NCBI GenBank assembly: GCA_030141605.1
Contig: JAQGDQ010000055.1
Span: forward strand, 248,001-312,000
DNA: 64,000 nt
Origin: Tubiluchus corallicola
Lineage: Eukaryota > Animalia > Priapulida
Direction: 5' to 3'
Shown: positions 37,283 to 48,415 of the stretch, piece after piece
Layout: every line of letters begins with the position of its first letter
Position numbering within the stretch: position 1 is the stretch's first letter
Made by a program: the position numbers and the translations under genes
The notes under the pieces: generated by a model
Databases searched by the model: none
What the model saw: only the letters and a program-made list of their open reading frames with translations
Told to the model about the DNA's origin: nothing

Positions 37283-40200
37283 TATATTATATTAGGGGGG
37301 CAGTGGTGTCGGGGAGATCGTATAGGATGGTAAAATCCCACCCCCCGACACATTGCTGAGGCCTTCGACAGGGCCATTGCAATTGTTCACTGCTATACGT
37401 CTATTGGTCGTACTCGGCAAAGCCTTCCAGCTTGCTTCAGATACGCCGCTAGTTTTTTCAGGTTTAAGTTATCTACAACTGCTCTAAGTGTTGTATTTTT
37501 ATTTCCCAGACATTTGATACGAGCACCCTGGTAGGCGGTGCATCGTCCCACGTGATGGTCCGGTGTTTCGTCTTCCTGACCACATTTCGGGCAAATCGCG
37601 GATTGTGCTCGACAAGTGGTTTTTTTATGTTTTTGGAGATTACAGTGTCCGGTTAGGACCTGTATAACCATGTTGAGTTGAGTTCTACTGAGACTCAGGA
37701 GCCTATTGCAGACTCGGGCCGAGGCCCAGCCCACATGTTCCTTTGTTCTCTTGCAGTCCTCACGATTATTCCACGACGTTTCCCATCGTTTTAGACTCCA
37801 TCCCTTAATCGCGTAGACACAGCTAGCGTAAGGGACGGGCAGATAGGGTTCTGGTCCCTCCGGAGAGAGCTCAGATCCCTTTTTAGCAAGTTTGTCCGCC
37901 TCTTCGTTACCATGTACTCCTTCGTGTCCAGGAATCCATGTAACCAAGACTCGGTTTCTTTTTCCAAGTATGTTCAAGTTTTCAACACAACGTAAAACCG
38001 AGATAGATTTTACTGTATTGTTTTCAGTAGCTTTAAGAGCCGCCTGGCTGTCTGACAGGATGACTATTGATTGATTCTGGAGTCCTTCCGAAGACATTAT
38101 CTCCGCCGCTTGTGAGATGGCGAAAACTTCTGCCTGGAAAACAGTACTCAATTTCCCAAGATAGAAGAACTCCTCCAATACTCTGGACTCAGTCGGATAC
38201 TCGATACGTATACCTGCACCGATCGTTCCGCCCAGTTTGGAACCATCGGTATAACACCTGACACAGTTCCTATCCATTTCGCCTTCCGATTTGATAGCGA
38301 TTTCTCTTTCCTGAATCTGGCATTCGAAATTTCTTTCGAACACGCGTGTTCTTTTTCTTAAATCACCCGGCATATGCAACAGTTGGAGGTCGCGCCTATA
38401 GCTATTGCACACATCGATATGACTTTTAGACTTACCAAAAGTTCCCACGGTCTTCGCTGTCCAGAGCCCCGCCGTATCTATACGGTATGACCCTCGGACC
38501 GCCTCCGACCGAATGAACTCGTCTATTGGTGTGATATTCAACAACATCTCCAATGCACCGGTAGGAGTACTTGGGAACGCTGAAGAAATCATTAAGCATG
38601 TTAATCTCTGTACTTTCTGGAGCATTTTCCTGAGGTACATTTTTTCCAACCCGCTGACCCAGGACACACACGCATACGTCATGAAAGGACGCACCATTGC
38701 CGTGTATATCCATTTCATGATCCGCGGTTGGATACCCCACGTTTTACCAACAATTTGTCTGCATTGCATAAGTGCCGCCGTCGCCTTGTTGGTGACCCGT
38801 GTTATATGGCTCTTCCAAGTCAGTTTACTGTCTAGGGTTACTCCTAGCAGTTTCGCTTCATTGGAGAGTTGGAGCTTCTGTCCATTCATCCAGAGATCCC
38901 CAATATTTGGATTTCTCTTGTTTGTGAACATGATTACTTCGGTCTTACTACTGCTGAATTCTAGTTCAGTTTTCCTGGACCATTCAGCAGCAATGTTAAT
39001 TACATTTTGCGCCCTCCTTCTGATACGTTCGCACTAGCTATTAGTACTGCCAGGTCGTCAGCATAGGCTTGTGCATAAATTCCATTTTCTTCAAATTCCC
39101 TAAGCAGAGAGTTCAAGACACAGTTCCATAGCAAGGGAGACAGTATTCCGCCTTGGGGGTTTCCCTTTACTACTTCCCTCTTTACCGTGGCATCACACAG
39201 CTCTACTTGGACCGTACGGCACCTTACCATGTTCTCAATCCAGCGGATAAGAACTGTCGATACCTCAAGTTCAAGCAATGCGGCGGATATGCTATTAAAA
39301 GAAACGTTATCGAATGCCCCAACAATATCCAAAAAGACACCTAGTGAGAGCTTCTTTTTAGCAAGACTACGTTCAATACGCTGTACATACTCGTGCAGAG
39401 CAGTTTCCGTGGAAACGCCTACGCGGAAGCCATACTGCACATTGGATAGTCTTGCTTGTAATTCAGTATCCTCGTTCAATTGATAGAGGACTATTCTCTC
39501 CAACCATTTCAGTTGAAATGACGTTAATGTTATCATCCGGAAAGACTTGACTTCTAAATAGCTATTCTTTCTGGGTTTCGGCAAAAATACTCCTTTCCCT
39601 TCCTTCCAGGATCTCGGTACATAACCATACCTGAGACATGTCTGGAAAAGCATGAGGTAGTGTTTTTTAATGTATTTCCATCCTTTCTGCAACAGGACTG
39701 GATATATACCATCTGGTCCAATGCCTTGAAAGGTTGGAATTCAAACAGTGCCGCTTTCACTCGTTCTTCCGAGCAAATGGAAGCGATGAATTCCTCATCC
39801 ACGGTCGCGCAAACAGGCAAGTCCGTGGATGTGTCTGGTTCCGTTACTCGACTCCCTGGTGATAGGGTGTCGAGGAGCCGGTTTAAAGTTTCCTCCGGTG
39901 AACTGGTTAATTTACCGTCTTCTTTATACACACAGCTTAACTGCGCTGCTTTATTTCAGCAGAGGACCTTTACCAACCTAGCAGTTGGTGCCTGATTTTC
40001 CATCTTTTCCGTGAAACTCCGCCAGGATTGGCGTTTCGCCTTCCGGACGGCGTTTTTAAATATAGACTGGGTTAGCTTTCTTGTTTCCCAGTCTCGTTGA
40101 TTTTTAGTCTTAGTGGCTCTCCTGCAAGCCCTGCGCGCCTCCTTGCGGAGACGGCTTAGCTCCGGATTCCACCATTTGTTCCCATCCTTCTTCCTCTGCC

Positions 40201-41104
40201 TACGTAATGGGCAAGCAGTTTCATAAGAATGAATAACAGCAGCCTGAACTTCATCAGCCAAATCCTCAATATCCTCATTGGAGGACACCTTGTATTCCCG
40301 GTTCAGTTCTGGAAGTTTATGCTCAAGTTCTTCCGCATACTTTTCCCAGCAAGTACGGCGGATGTTCCTGATGAGTGGGTTTTCTTTTGAAATACTGCTT
40401 TTCACCAGGAATCTTATATACATGTGGTCCGACAGCGATGGCACGTCACTGACATACCAATCGCGTACTATGTCCCCTGCATGCAGATTCCTCAGTGTCA
40501 AGTCTAGCACCTCTTCTCTTGCTTTTGTTCGGAACGTTGGTTTACGGCCAACATTACAGAACTCAAGATTAGCGCTTGCACAATACGCCAAGAGTTCCTC
40601 ACCCCTGTCGTTGACATCGGTGGAACCCCATAACGTATGATGCGCATTAGCATCAGTCCCCACAATAATTGGAGTTTTATCGCCGTCCCCGAATGATATC
40701 AGTTCCCTGAGTAACATAGGGGGAGCCGGTTGATCATGCACCATGTATGCCGAGGCGAAAATGAACTCATCTCCATCCCGGCACACATTTTTTGCTTTAA
40801 CCACCACAATGTCTGTATTCGAGAACACTGGAAGTAAAAAGCATTTTAGGTTAGGAGTGGCATAAATGCACGCCCGAGGCCTTTCTCCATTCCGGTTTCC
40901 CTGGAACAGATCCCATCCTCGGAGTTTACCCCTAACTTCCCCACCGTGCGTCCAGGGTTCCTGTACAAAGACTAACACGGTACGTATGTGTTTTACAACA
41001 TCCTGCAAGTTGTAACTCGCAGCTTTGCTTTTGTGAAGATTGATTTGCCAGCACTCAATACCAGAGACACTTTGTGCTGGCTTCTCACCTATTTTATCCC
41101 TGTT
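37283..41104 (-). mobile_element. LOA-like (I-group) non-LTR retrotransposon, 5'-truncated; ORF2 with AP endonuclease, RT and RNase H, frameshifted
   Basis: APE (QINLHKSK, VQEPW, GTDANAHH, SDHMYI), RT (FLDIVGAFD, GNPQGGILSP, AYADD), RNase H (YTDGS, FQAEV, SDSQAA, WIPGHEGVHGNEEAD) and CCHC tail, spread over ORFs 39956-41116, 39554-39931, 39000-39692 and 37393-38931. 14-bp TSD AAATGACACCATTT at 37269-37282 and 41105-41118; (TAATA)n-like 3' tail. Confidence 0.92.
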
Positions 41105-42329
41105 AAATGACACCATTTAATAGGAAAATAAATAAAAAAAATTCTTACAATTTGACACTCAGGAAGCCGCTAATCAGCACGAAGATGTAGATGGGTTTAG
41201 CGGTACCGGATATTTTCACATTATCAGGTATAAATCATAAATCTCGGAAATGAGACAATGAAGCTGGTTGTGGATAGCGTTACGTGTATTTAAGAATTGG
41301 CAAGTAAATGAATCGTTTTACATTTGTTCATGTAACTTAATTCGGAAGTTTTAAAGATGGCGTTAAACGTACGCTGATCAAATAATAGGGCTATTTACAA
41401 ATGTAGTCTTTTAGTTGTGTTATTGTGTTATAGCAAGGCAGAATGAATTCAGATCCCAATCCGCGAGTGTAACCTATACCTGGTCGAGTGTGGTTATCTT
41501 ACGTCAATATTATGTCAATATTGTAGATTATTTCGCTAAAGTATAACTAACCAGTGTACACGTTGCTCGTGACTAATTTTTCACTTGACTGTACCTGGTT
41601 CAATGCGGTTTACTCATGTGTGATTGAGCAGTTTGCCATAATTTTCACATTTCGACTCCTATCTCTGTTTTAATCCTCCCTCGGGCCCTTAAACAATTCC
41701 AGTTCAAGCATGACAATGTTTTCAATTGACTACATAGGTGCACAACTGCCTCACAATACCTAAATAGTTATGAAAAAATTTAATTTAATTGTTCTCCTTA
41801 GGAGGAGTTTAATGCCAATCAAAAAACTGACCGATGTCCAGTGTCCTTGACCCTTTGACCGACGACACCGTTCACCTATTTTCAAGGGACCTACTCACCA
41901 GGCATCTATTCTGTAAGTTTCGTGATTCTAACTCTCTGCGTTTCTGAATTGACTTGAAGTAAAAAGAGGAAAATTTAAAGCCTAGCATACTGTTTAGCAT
42001 TTTAAATTAAAAAAAATCAGCGTCATGTCCTAGATCGGCGACCCTAACGCTCGCGGATAAAATTTAAACACAACTGATGTTACTACAAATGCGGAATTTC
42101 TAGTGTCACTATGTTACTATTACATCATTTGTTAGTGCTACAAAGCTTATTAGTAATTAGTAATCGGTGAATAAGAAAGAAAGATAAGAAAAGAAAAAAA
42201 TAAGAAAATAGAAACAGAAAAAAGAACAAAAGAAGAAAAAGAAGATTGGTTCTAAGATTTGAAAACAACTAAAACGAACTTCAAACTACAAACATCAGGA
42301 ATGAATTATTTTGTGTTTCAAAAATGAAC

Positions 42330-42428
42330 CTTTTGGCTGGTGAGTTTCCATGACACGGAATTTCTCAAAGCGTGTAGGACATTCACGTGACCTGCCTTGG
42401 CAGCTAAATGAAGAGCCGTCATACCATC
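42330..42428 (-). CDS. nompC: TRPN ankyrin exon
   Basis: DGMTALHLAAKAGHVNVLHALRNSVSWKLTSQK; 99 bp, phase 0-0. Confidence 0.88.
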
Positions 42429-42461
42429 CTGAAAACATAATTAAGAGTTTTGGTTTAACAT

Positions 42462-43113
42462 TTAAAGGAAGACAGGATGATTTTTCATATACTACCTCAT
42501 TTTCAAATCCGTTAAAAATATACATTTTAACACAATTACTACTGCAAAAACGTTTCTGATAATTAAATAATAGATTAAAATCTTAATTAACGGCGGCGGA
42601 TGACATCACAAACTAACATAATTTTCAACAGCATAAATATTCCACGAGCGTGTTGCACGTATTTGCGAAAGCGAAAATTGAAGTACAGTGTTGCTGTAAG
42701 ATATTCAGTGTGTTTTACTAAAACTAGGCAAGCTTTAAGATAAAAATTCAAATTTCAAATTTACCGCTGTGCTCACGCATGAGCTGCCGAACGTGTGCAG
42801 TTCGTCACAAACGAACATATTTGAACTGTGAGGTACAACATCTGTTTTTTGTGCAGTGCTTTCCGAAATGCAGGCGCTAGTGCCCGCCTAACTAGCGAAT
42901 GGCAATATGCATGTAACAGCGAAGAACTAGTGGCGCGAACGTGAAATTGTGTTTGTGTGGTAATAAGTCTTTCACGTAATCATTTTTGAGAAAAATGGTA
43001 TGTTTCCTTTTAATATTTTAAAGAGTAGATTGTTTTGACGTACAGTCCAAGATTGGGTCCGATTTTTCTTTATGAACTAGTTAAATGTGTTGTCTACTCT
43101 GCAGCCTCCAGCC
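42462..43113 (-). mobile_element. Dispersed repeat family A copy 3 (inverted), Kolobok-like TTAA|AGG terminus
   Basis: Reverse complement of 9778-10408; begins TTAA|AGGAAGACAGG. Confidence 0.7.
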
Positions 43114-43399
43114 ACAATTTTATCTTAATGTAATCAAACTTAACAGAGGGAATGTGAAAAAGTTATGTTTGAGTCTTGATTTGAACCACAAACGTTTGAA
43201 TTGAATTTTCTCGTTTTAATTGATGCACCCTCTCAAGTTTTTCGCCATTTGCAGTGGAATAAAGCTTCAGAAATTAAAAAAAAATCACGTAAAAATTCAC
43301 TAATTGCAGTTTACTAACTGTAGTATTTCCAACAATAAATCATCATTTTGGATAATTGATTCTACAATTATAATAACAAAATTTAAAGACGTTTTTCAC

Positions 43400-43501
43400 C
43401 GTGTTTTCTTCGGTAGCTGACGCTCCAGCTTCTAGTAAAGTTTTACAAACAGCTGCATGTCCACCTTCCGCCGCTAGATGGAGCGCCGTTGATCCTGTTG
43501 T
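43400..43501 (-). CDS. nompC: TRPN ankyrin exon
   Basis: TTGSTALHLAAEGGHAAVCKTLLEAGASATEENT; 102 bp, phase 0-0. Confidence 0.88.
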
Positions 43502-43957
43502 CTATATAAACAACATAAATGCATTAAGTAAACATTAGTTTTATTTACATCAATAGCTATTTACTATATTGGTGAGATGTGAATATTAGTTTACAAATGA
43601 AAGAAATAACAGCACCACCAACATGTCCGCAACGAGAGAAACCTTTTATTGCAAGGATGGATGTAACATGGCAGGTAATTCTATGACGAGTGTAGTGCTT
43701 CTTGGTTTTTGGTATTTAGAGGTTGCCTTAACTGTTTTTTTTATTTTTTTTACATAACTGATTGGTGCAAATTTATTAACACCTGTTTTCATAGCTTTAG
43801 ATGAGTGTAGCATGTAAATAATTTTCTGTGCATTACGGTTGGCATTGATAATAACAAAAGATGTTGTTCAAAAGTCAGCATTAGAATAAAGATAACAATA
43901 ATTACTTGGGCTCTTGTTATTCCATTCATAATAATACATGTTAATACATTCATTCAG

Positions 43958-44230
43958 AGGCGAAGGAATAGCTCAGTGCGTTCTTAGCGACCGATCTTAG
44001 GCAACGTTGAGTTTGGTTAGTAACTGGATAGGTGGTTGCCGGGTCAATATAGGTCAGCTTCATCTGCTTGTGCTGCTTCTGAATGCAGAGGGGTGTCTTT
44101 CACTAATTTTTGTCTCATTGAAGAAGAGTGTTTTCGCACACTCGAATACAGCTAAAGCACATCCGCCAATTTAATGTGTTATTTCAAACGTAAACCTTGA
44201 TAATGAGCACGGTTCTAGTCCCGCCACACT
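43958..44230 (+). mobile_element. Degenerate 5S rRNA/tRNA-derived SINE-like relic
   Basis: ACCGATCTTAGGCAACGTTGAGTTTGGTTAGTAACTGGATAGGTGGTTGCC resembles the 5S internal control region. A-box-like TAGCTCAGTG upstream and B-box-like GGTTCTAGTCCC at about 44211. Confidence 0.45.
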
Positions 44231-44380
44231 GTCAACTTAATGCCTATGCCTATGAGTAGTGAATATCAATTTTTATAAAAATATTTACGTTTAAGTATAC
44301 AATAGACTAAGCCAGTAGATCAAGTTATTCATTTATTTATTACGTTACCTGGTTACAACTCTATATATGGTAATGCTTAC

Positions 44381-44485
44381 CTTGTTTTTAGCTGATGTTA
44401 TGATGATTTTATTGAACCTCATTAATTCTTTGATGACCGCCACACTTCCCTTAGATGCTGCAATGTGGGCGCACGTCATTCCACT
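44381..44485 (-). CDS. nompC: TRPN ankyrin exon
   Basis: SGMTCAHIAASKGSVAVIKELMRFNKIIITSAKNK; 105 bp, phase 0-0. Confidence 0.88.
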
Positions 44486-44869
44486 CTGTAAAAACACACA
44501 ACCAATTTACCTTTAAATTAGTTATTCGCTTTAAGAAAATCTTTAAGACTTTCGTCGTTTTTAGGCGTCTGTGTTCAATTATGATACGGATCAGGAACAT
44601 TTTCCACACAGTCTAGAATTTATGTGGCATGGCCGCTGCACAACCATAAACAAACAGCAGAAAAGCCAAAGAAAGACGGACAAAGAAAACAGAAATGGTA
44701 AACAAAACAAGACTAATTAGTATAAGTAGTCACATTTTTTAAAAAAAAGATTAAAATTGGAACAGAAAGTCAAGAGAAGGAAGCAAAAGAATGACATCAA
44801 CAATGGTGACAACGACGACAATGACGACAACGAAGACAAAGAAACAAAACGAAGAAAGGGGAGAAAAAT

Positions 44870-44980
44870 ATGATGATGATGATGACGACGACGATGATGA
44901 TGATGATGAGGAGGAGGAGGAGGAGGAGGAGGAGGAGGAGAGGGACGATGGTGATGATGATGATGATGATGATGATGATG
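44870..44980. repeat. (GAT)n/(GAG)n microsatellite
   Basis: Directly visible. Confidence 0.93.
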
Positions 44981-45061
44981 CACACAGGTGAGACGAAGAA
45001 AGAATTAACATTATGTGTTTGTAATTTTCAAGAAAAGTTATAGCGCATCACACAGACTTAC

Positions 45062-45163
45062 AGCATTCGCCATAGTGACAACTTCTGGTTTATACTTGAG
45101 AAACAATTTGACCACATCAGAATGATCGTTTTCTGCCGCTAGATGGAGCGGTGTCTGGCCATG
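45062..45163 (-). CDS. nompC: TRPN ankyrin exon
   Basis: HGQTPLHLAAENDHSDVVKLFLKYKPEVVTMANA; 102 bp, phase 0-0. Confidence 0.9.
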
Positions 45164-45806
45164 CTGAAATAAATAACTATACGTGAACATCAACCTAAAC
45201 ATCAACATAAATATAACCATAAATGTAAACATAAAGATAAGCATAAGCATCAACATAAACATAAAACAGTTATATCTCGATAATATTTTTATTTGCGAAA
45301 TGTTGAACAAATTTGAGTATCTCTTCTCTGGTTAGGAAGGAGAAATAAGGGAAAAAAGACAGAAAAAGGGAGGAAGGAGAATAAGAAAGCGTAGATCTTT
45401 TGGAATCCTAGTCAAAAAACAAAAAACAATTTGAAAGGAGGTTACCTGCAAACTACAAAAATTAGATAGACTAGTTCAGAAAGTTATACAGAAAGACAAT
45501 TTCAAAGTAGTTGGTACCAAGAATTCAAATAGATAGGAAAAATACGAAGTTAACAGTGAAAAGAGACGAGAGAAAGTTCAATTCAGACTAAACACAAAGC
45601 AGGTAACGCTACTAAGCAATACTAAGTTTAGCTGAAATAAAAAAACGACGATTGTGAAACTGAATGCAGTGAAAATAAACTAGTTGCTGGTAAGAGTGAA
45701 TGTATCGCTCTTGCAATAGCACCAACCGCTGAAACTGTCACCATCGCCGGGAAACAGCGACAATCTACGAAAAGCTACAATCATGAAAAGCACATGTTTA
45801 ACTTAC

Positions 45807-45905
45807 GTTGTCCTTGGCATTGGAGTCTGCCTTCATTTGAAGGATCGTCTTGCAGACCTCAATCTGGCCATTCTGCGCCGCGTAATGCAGAGGAGTTTTC
45901 TTTGC
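45807..45905 (-). CDS. nompC: TRPN ankyrin exon
   Basis: AKKTPLHYAAQNGQIEVCKTILQMKADSNAKDN; 99 bp, phase 0-0. Confidence 0.88.
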
Positions 45906-46086
45906 CTAAATGTGATAATAAAAATAAGCAAAGTTATTCGATATAACAAAAAATGAGTTTACAAAAAAATTTACAAATATATTTATGGCAATGACTGAGT
46001 TGCATTTAGTAAGTTAGTTTCTCATCAAGGTAACGAGACTAAGATCATTTTTGCATGATAGGTTCACTAAGTGTTTAACACATTAC

Positions 46087-46287
46087 CAATGACAAGGCGT
46101 CTATGGTAGCGCCATATTTCTCGATAAGCATTTTGACAAGTTGATTATAACCATTCATAGACGTCAGATGTAGTGGTGTGACGCCAAGCTTTGATTTTGC
46201 GTTGACAAAGGCCTTGTTCTCCAGTAGCGCCTCCACGGCTGCTCCATGTCCATTCTCAGCTGCAAGATGCAGGGCTGCTTTACCATG
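46087..46287 (-). CDS. nompC: TRPN ankyrin exon (2 repeats)
   Basis: HGKAALHLAAENGH...LGVTPLHLTSMNGY...IDALSL; 201 bp, phase 0-0. Confidence 0.9.
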
Positions 46288-46960
46288 CTGCGAAAGAAAT
46301 AGAAATGATTGACTCACTAGATTGTTGGCTGGTTGTTTGTCTGTTTGTCTGCTTGCCTGACTAGCAAACTTGTTGGATGGTTGGTTGACACTTGATTGAC
46401 TGGTTGTCACTTGGCCGATGTCCTTCAGTCTGTCTGGTTGAATAGTTGATTGCTTAACTGGTCGAACGGTTAATTTATTTTCACTTTATTGCTCGGTTAT
46501 TCATTTAAGCGTTCGTTTATTTTCGTCGTTGTTGTTTATTTGTTTGTTTATTTTATCTATTCCATTTGCTTGTCGAATGTTTGTTGTTTTAGTTTGCTGC
46601 TTCGTCATTTGGTTTGTTGGTGGTCGATTCGTGAATTTGTTTGACTGTTCATTTGTTCATTCGTTTCATTCGTTCGCTTTTTCTTTCCACTCTGTTACAT
46701 CTGTTCACTGTTCGTTTGTTTTTTTCTTTTCTATTTTTGGTTGGTTTTGTTTCTTTTAACATTTTTGCTACTTGTAGATTAATTCAAGAATGCAGAGTTT
46801 AGTGAACATTTATAAGACAACGTTCAGGTCTTTAATGGACTTAACATTTATACACTATTAATAGTAGCATGAATGCGTAAAGCACATAAAATTTGGTGAT
46901 TTTGTGCCTCTTTTTAGTAATTAGGAAATTCTAAAAACAGATCACGACATTATTTTTTAC

Positions 46961-47059
46961 CTCATCAAAGACGTCCACTCTTGCATGGTTTGTAAGTAAG
47001 ATATTGACAATATCAGCATGACCTTGTTCACTGGCAACTAGCAGAGGAGACCAGCCATT
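46961..47059 (-). CDS. nompC: TRPN ankyrin exon
   Basis: NGWSPLLVASEQGHADIVNILLTNHARVDVFDE; 99 bp, phase 0-0. Confidence 0.9.
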
Positions 47060-47445
47060 CTGAAGAAAAGAAAAATACTCTCAGCACATTTTGAGAGATG
47101 TTCATGGTTTTGATGTGCCATATATGTACTAGCAATTTGAATGAAATCATCGTGTGCAATTAGATTTTAAAACTTGTTTATGCAAGTTTAGGAACTTTGG
47201 ACTATAAAACCAAGTTGCTATATGTAGATGTCTTGACCTGTGATTGCGCATAGATTTATAATGCAATAACAACTTGGAGAAGTATAATGAAACAGTGATA
47301 ATAATAATAGCAAAAAAACAGCAAAACTATGCTGAACCAGTTCTAACAGTACCAAAAAAGACCAGCAAAAATAACTGTGATAAAACAACAAGACGTCATG
47401 AATAAGTTTTTGACATCACTGACACTGAAAGATTGTATTGTGTGC

Positions 47446-47896
47446 TGTAAAACACTTGTAACAATTTTATTGCAAAATGTACAATGTTCACAGATTATAA
47501 ACTTTTATGACACATTATGATACCACTACAGTAGAAAACTTTCAACCTCTCCAAATGCTGTCTCAAGACCAACTGGAACTTGCATGCCTGGGAGAATCAA
47601 GCTCTAATCACATGACCAGACATACAAGTTCCTATTGGAAGGTACATTAAACATTAAATTCATGCAAAGGTCACCTATACTCTACATGTTAAACCAAAAT
47701 CAAATCTACATGGCTTCTTTCATAGCAAAATACATTAAGTTCACTAGTTGCTTCTCTTCCAAACTTATTCTAATTTTCAGTAGTCATGGAAACGAGGAGA
47801 TGAGGAGGCATATTGAGGCTGCAGCTAAAAAACATTTGTAGAAAACTGACAATTAAATAGATTACATAATACCACAATCGCGTACAATAAGCGACA
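47446..47896 (-). repeat. 3' LTR
   Basis: Direct repeat of 53703-54153; AATAAA on the minus strand at 47466-47471. Confidence 0.95.
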
Positions 47897-48415
47897 CTGC
47901 GCCAACAGAGAAAAAAAAGGAAAATGAAAAAAGTCATTAGCTACAGAGCAAACACAAAATGTCATGTCATGAATCACAAAGCCACATCAATACATACAAT
48001 ACAACATCAGAGAAAAAATTGCTATTATACATTATCAAAATCAAACTTTGTTAATTGGCACTACAAAACCGACAATACATTTAAAGTCGTCTAATAATCA
48101 ATGTAATCAGCAACTAGTAATCATGTAATCAATTTCAAAACAAAACTAAACAATGTAACAAAATTAATAAAAAACTGAGGAAGGGACTAACAGTGCTATG
48201 GGCTACTGCAAGTGCCATTTCCTAACAGCCATGTAGTTTAATTATCCCTTCAAAATCATTAAAAATTTAACAGTAATACTAATGCGCAAGTCATAGATAT
48301 AACAATAATACTAATACGCAACTCATAAAAACTTTATGGGTTGCATTATTCTGGACGCTAATGTACCACGAGAAAGATGTGAATGTAATTATACAGCGTG
48401 AGGTAAGATAATTAC

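Noticed and set aside
43985-44045. 5S rRNA gene
   Set aside because: Only a partial, diverged segment lacking the 5S 5' and 3' ends; treated as a SINE relic.
47635-47841. Duplicated small ORFs at 47635 and 53841
   Set aside because: They lie inside the two LTRs, antisense to the element, with no recognisable domain.
47897-47915. Polypurine tract of the BEL/Pao element
   Set aside because: The minus-strand sequence before the 3' LTR (CTCTGTTGGCGCAG) is not convincingly purine-rich; not called.
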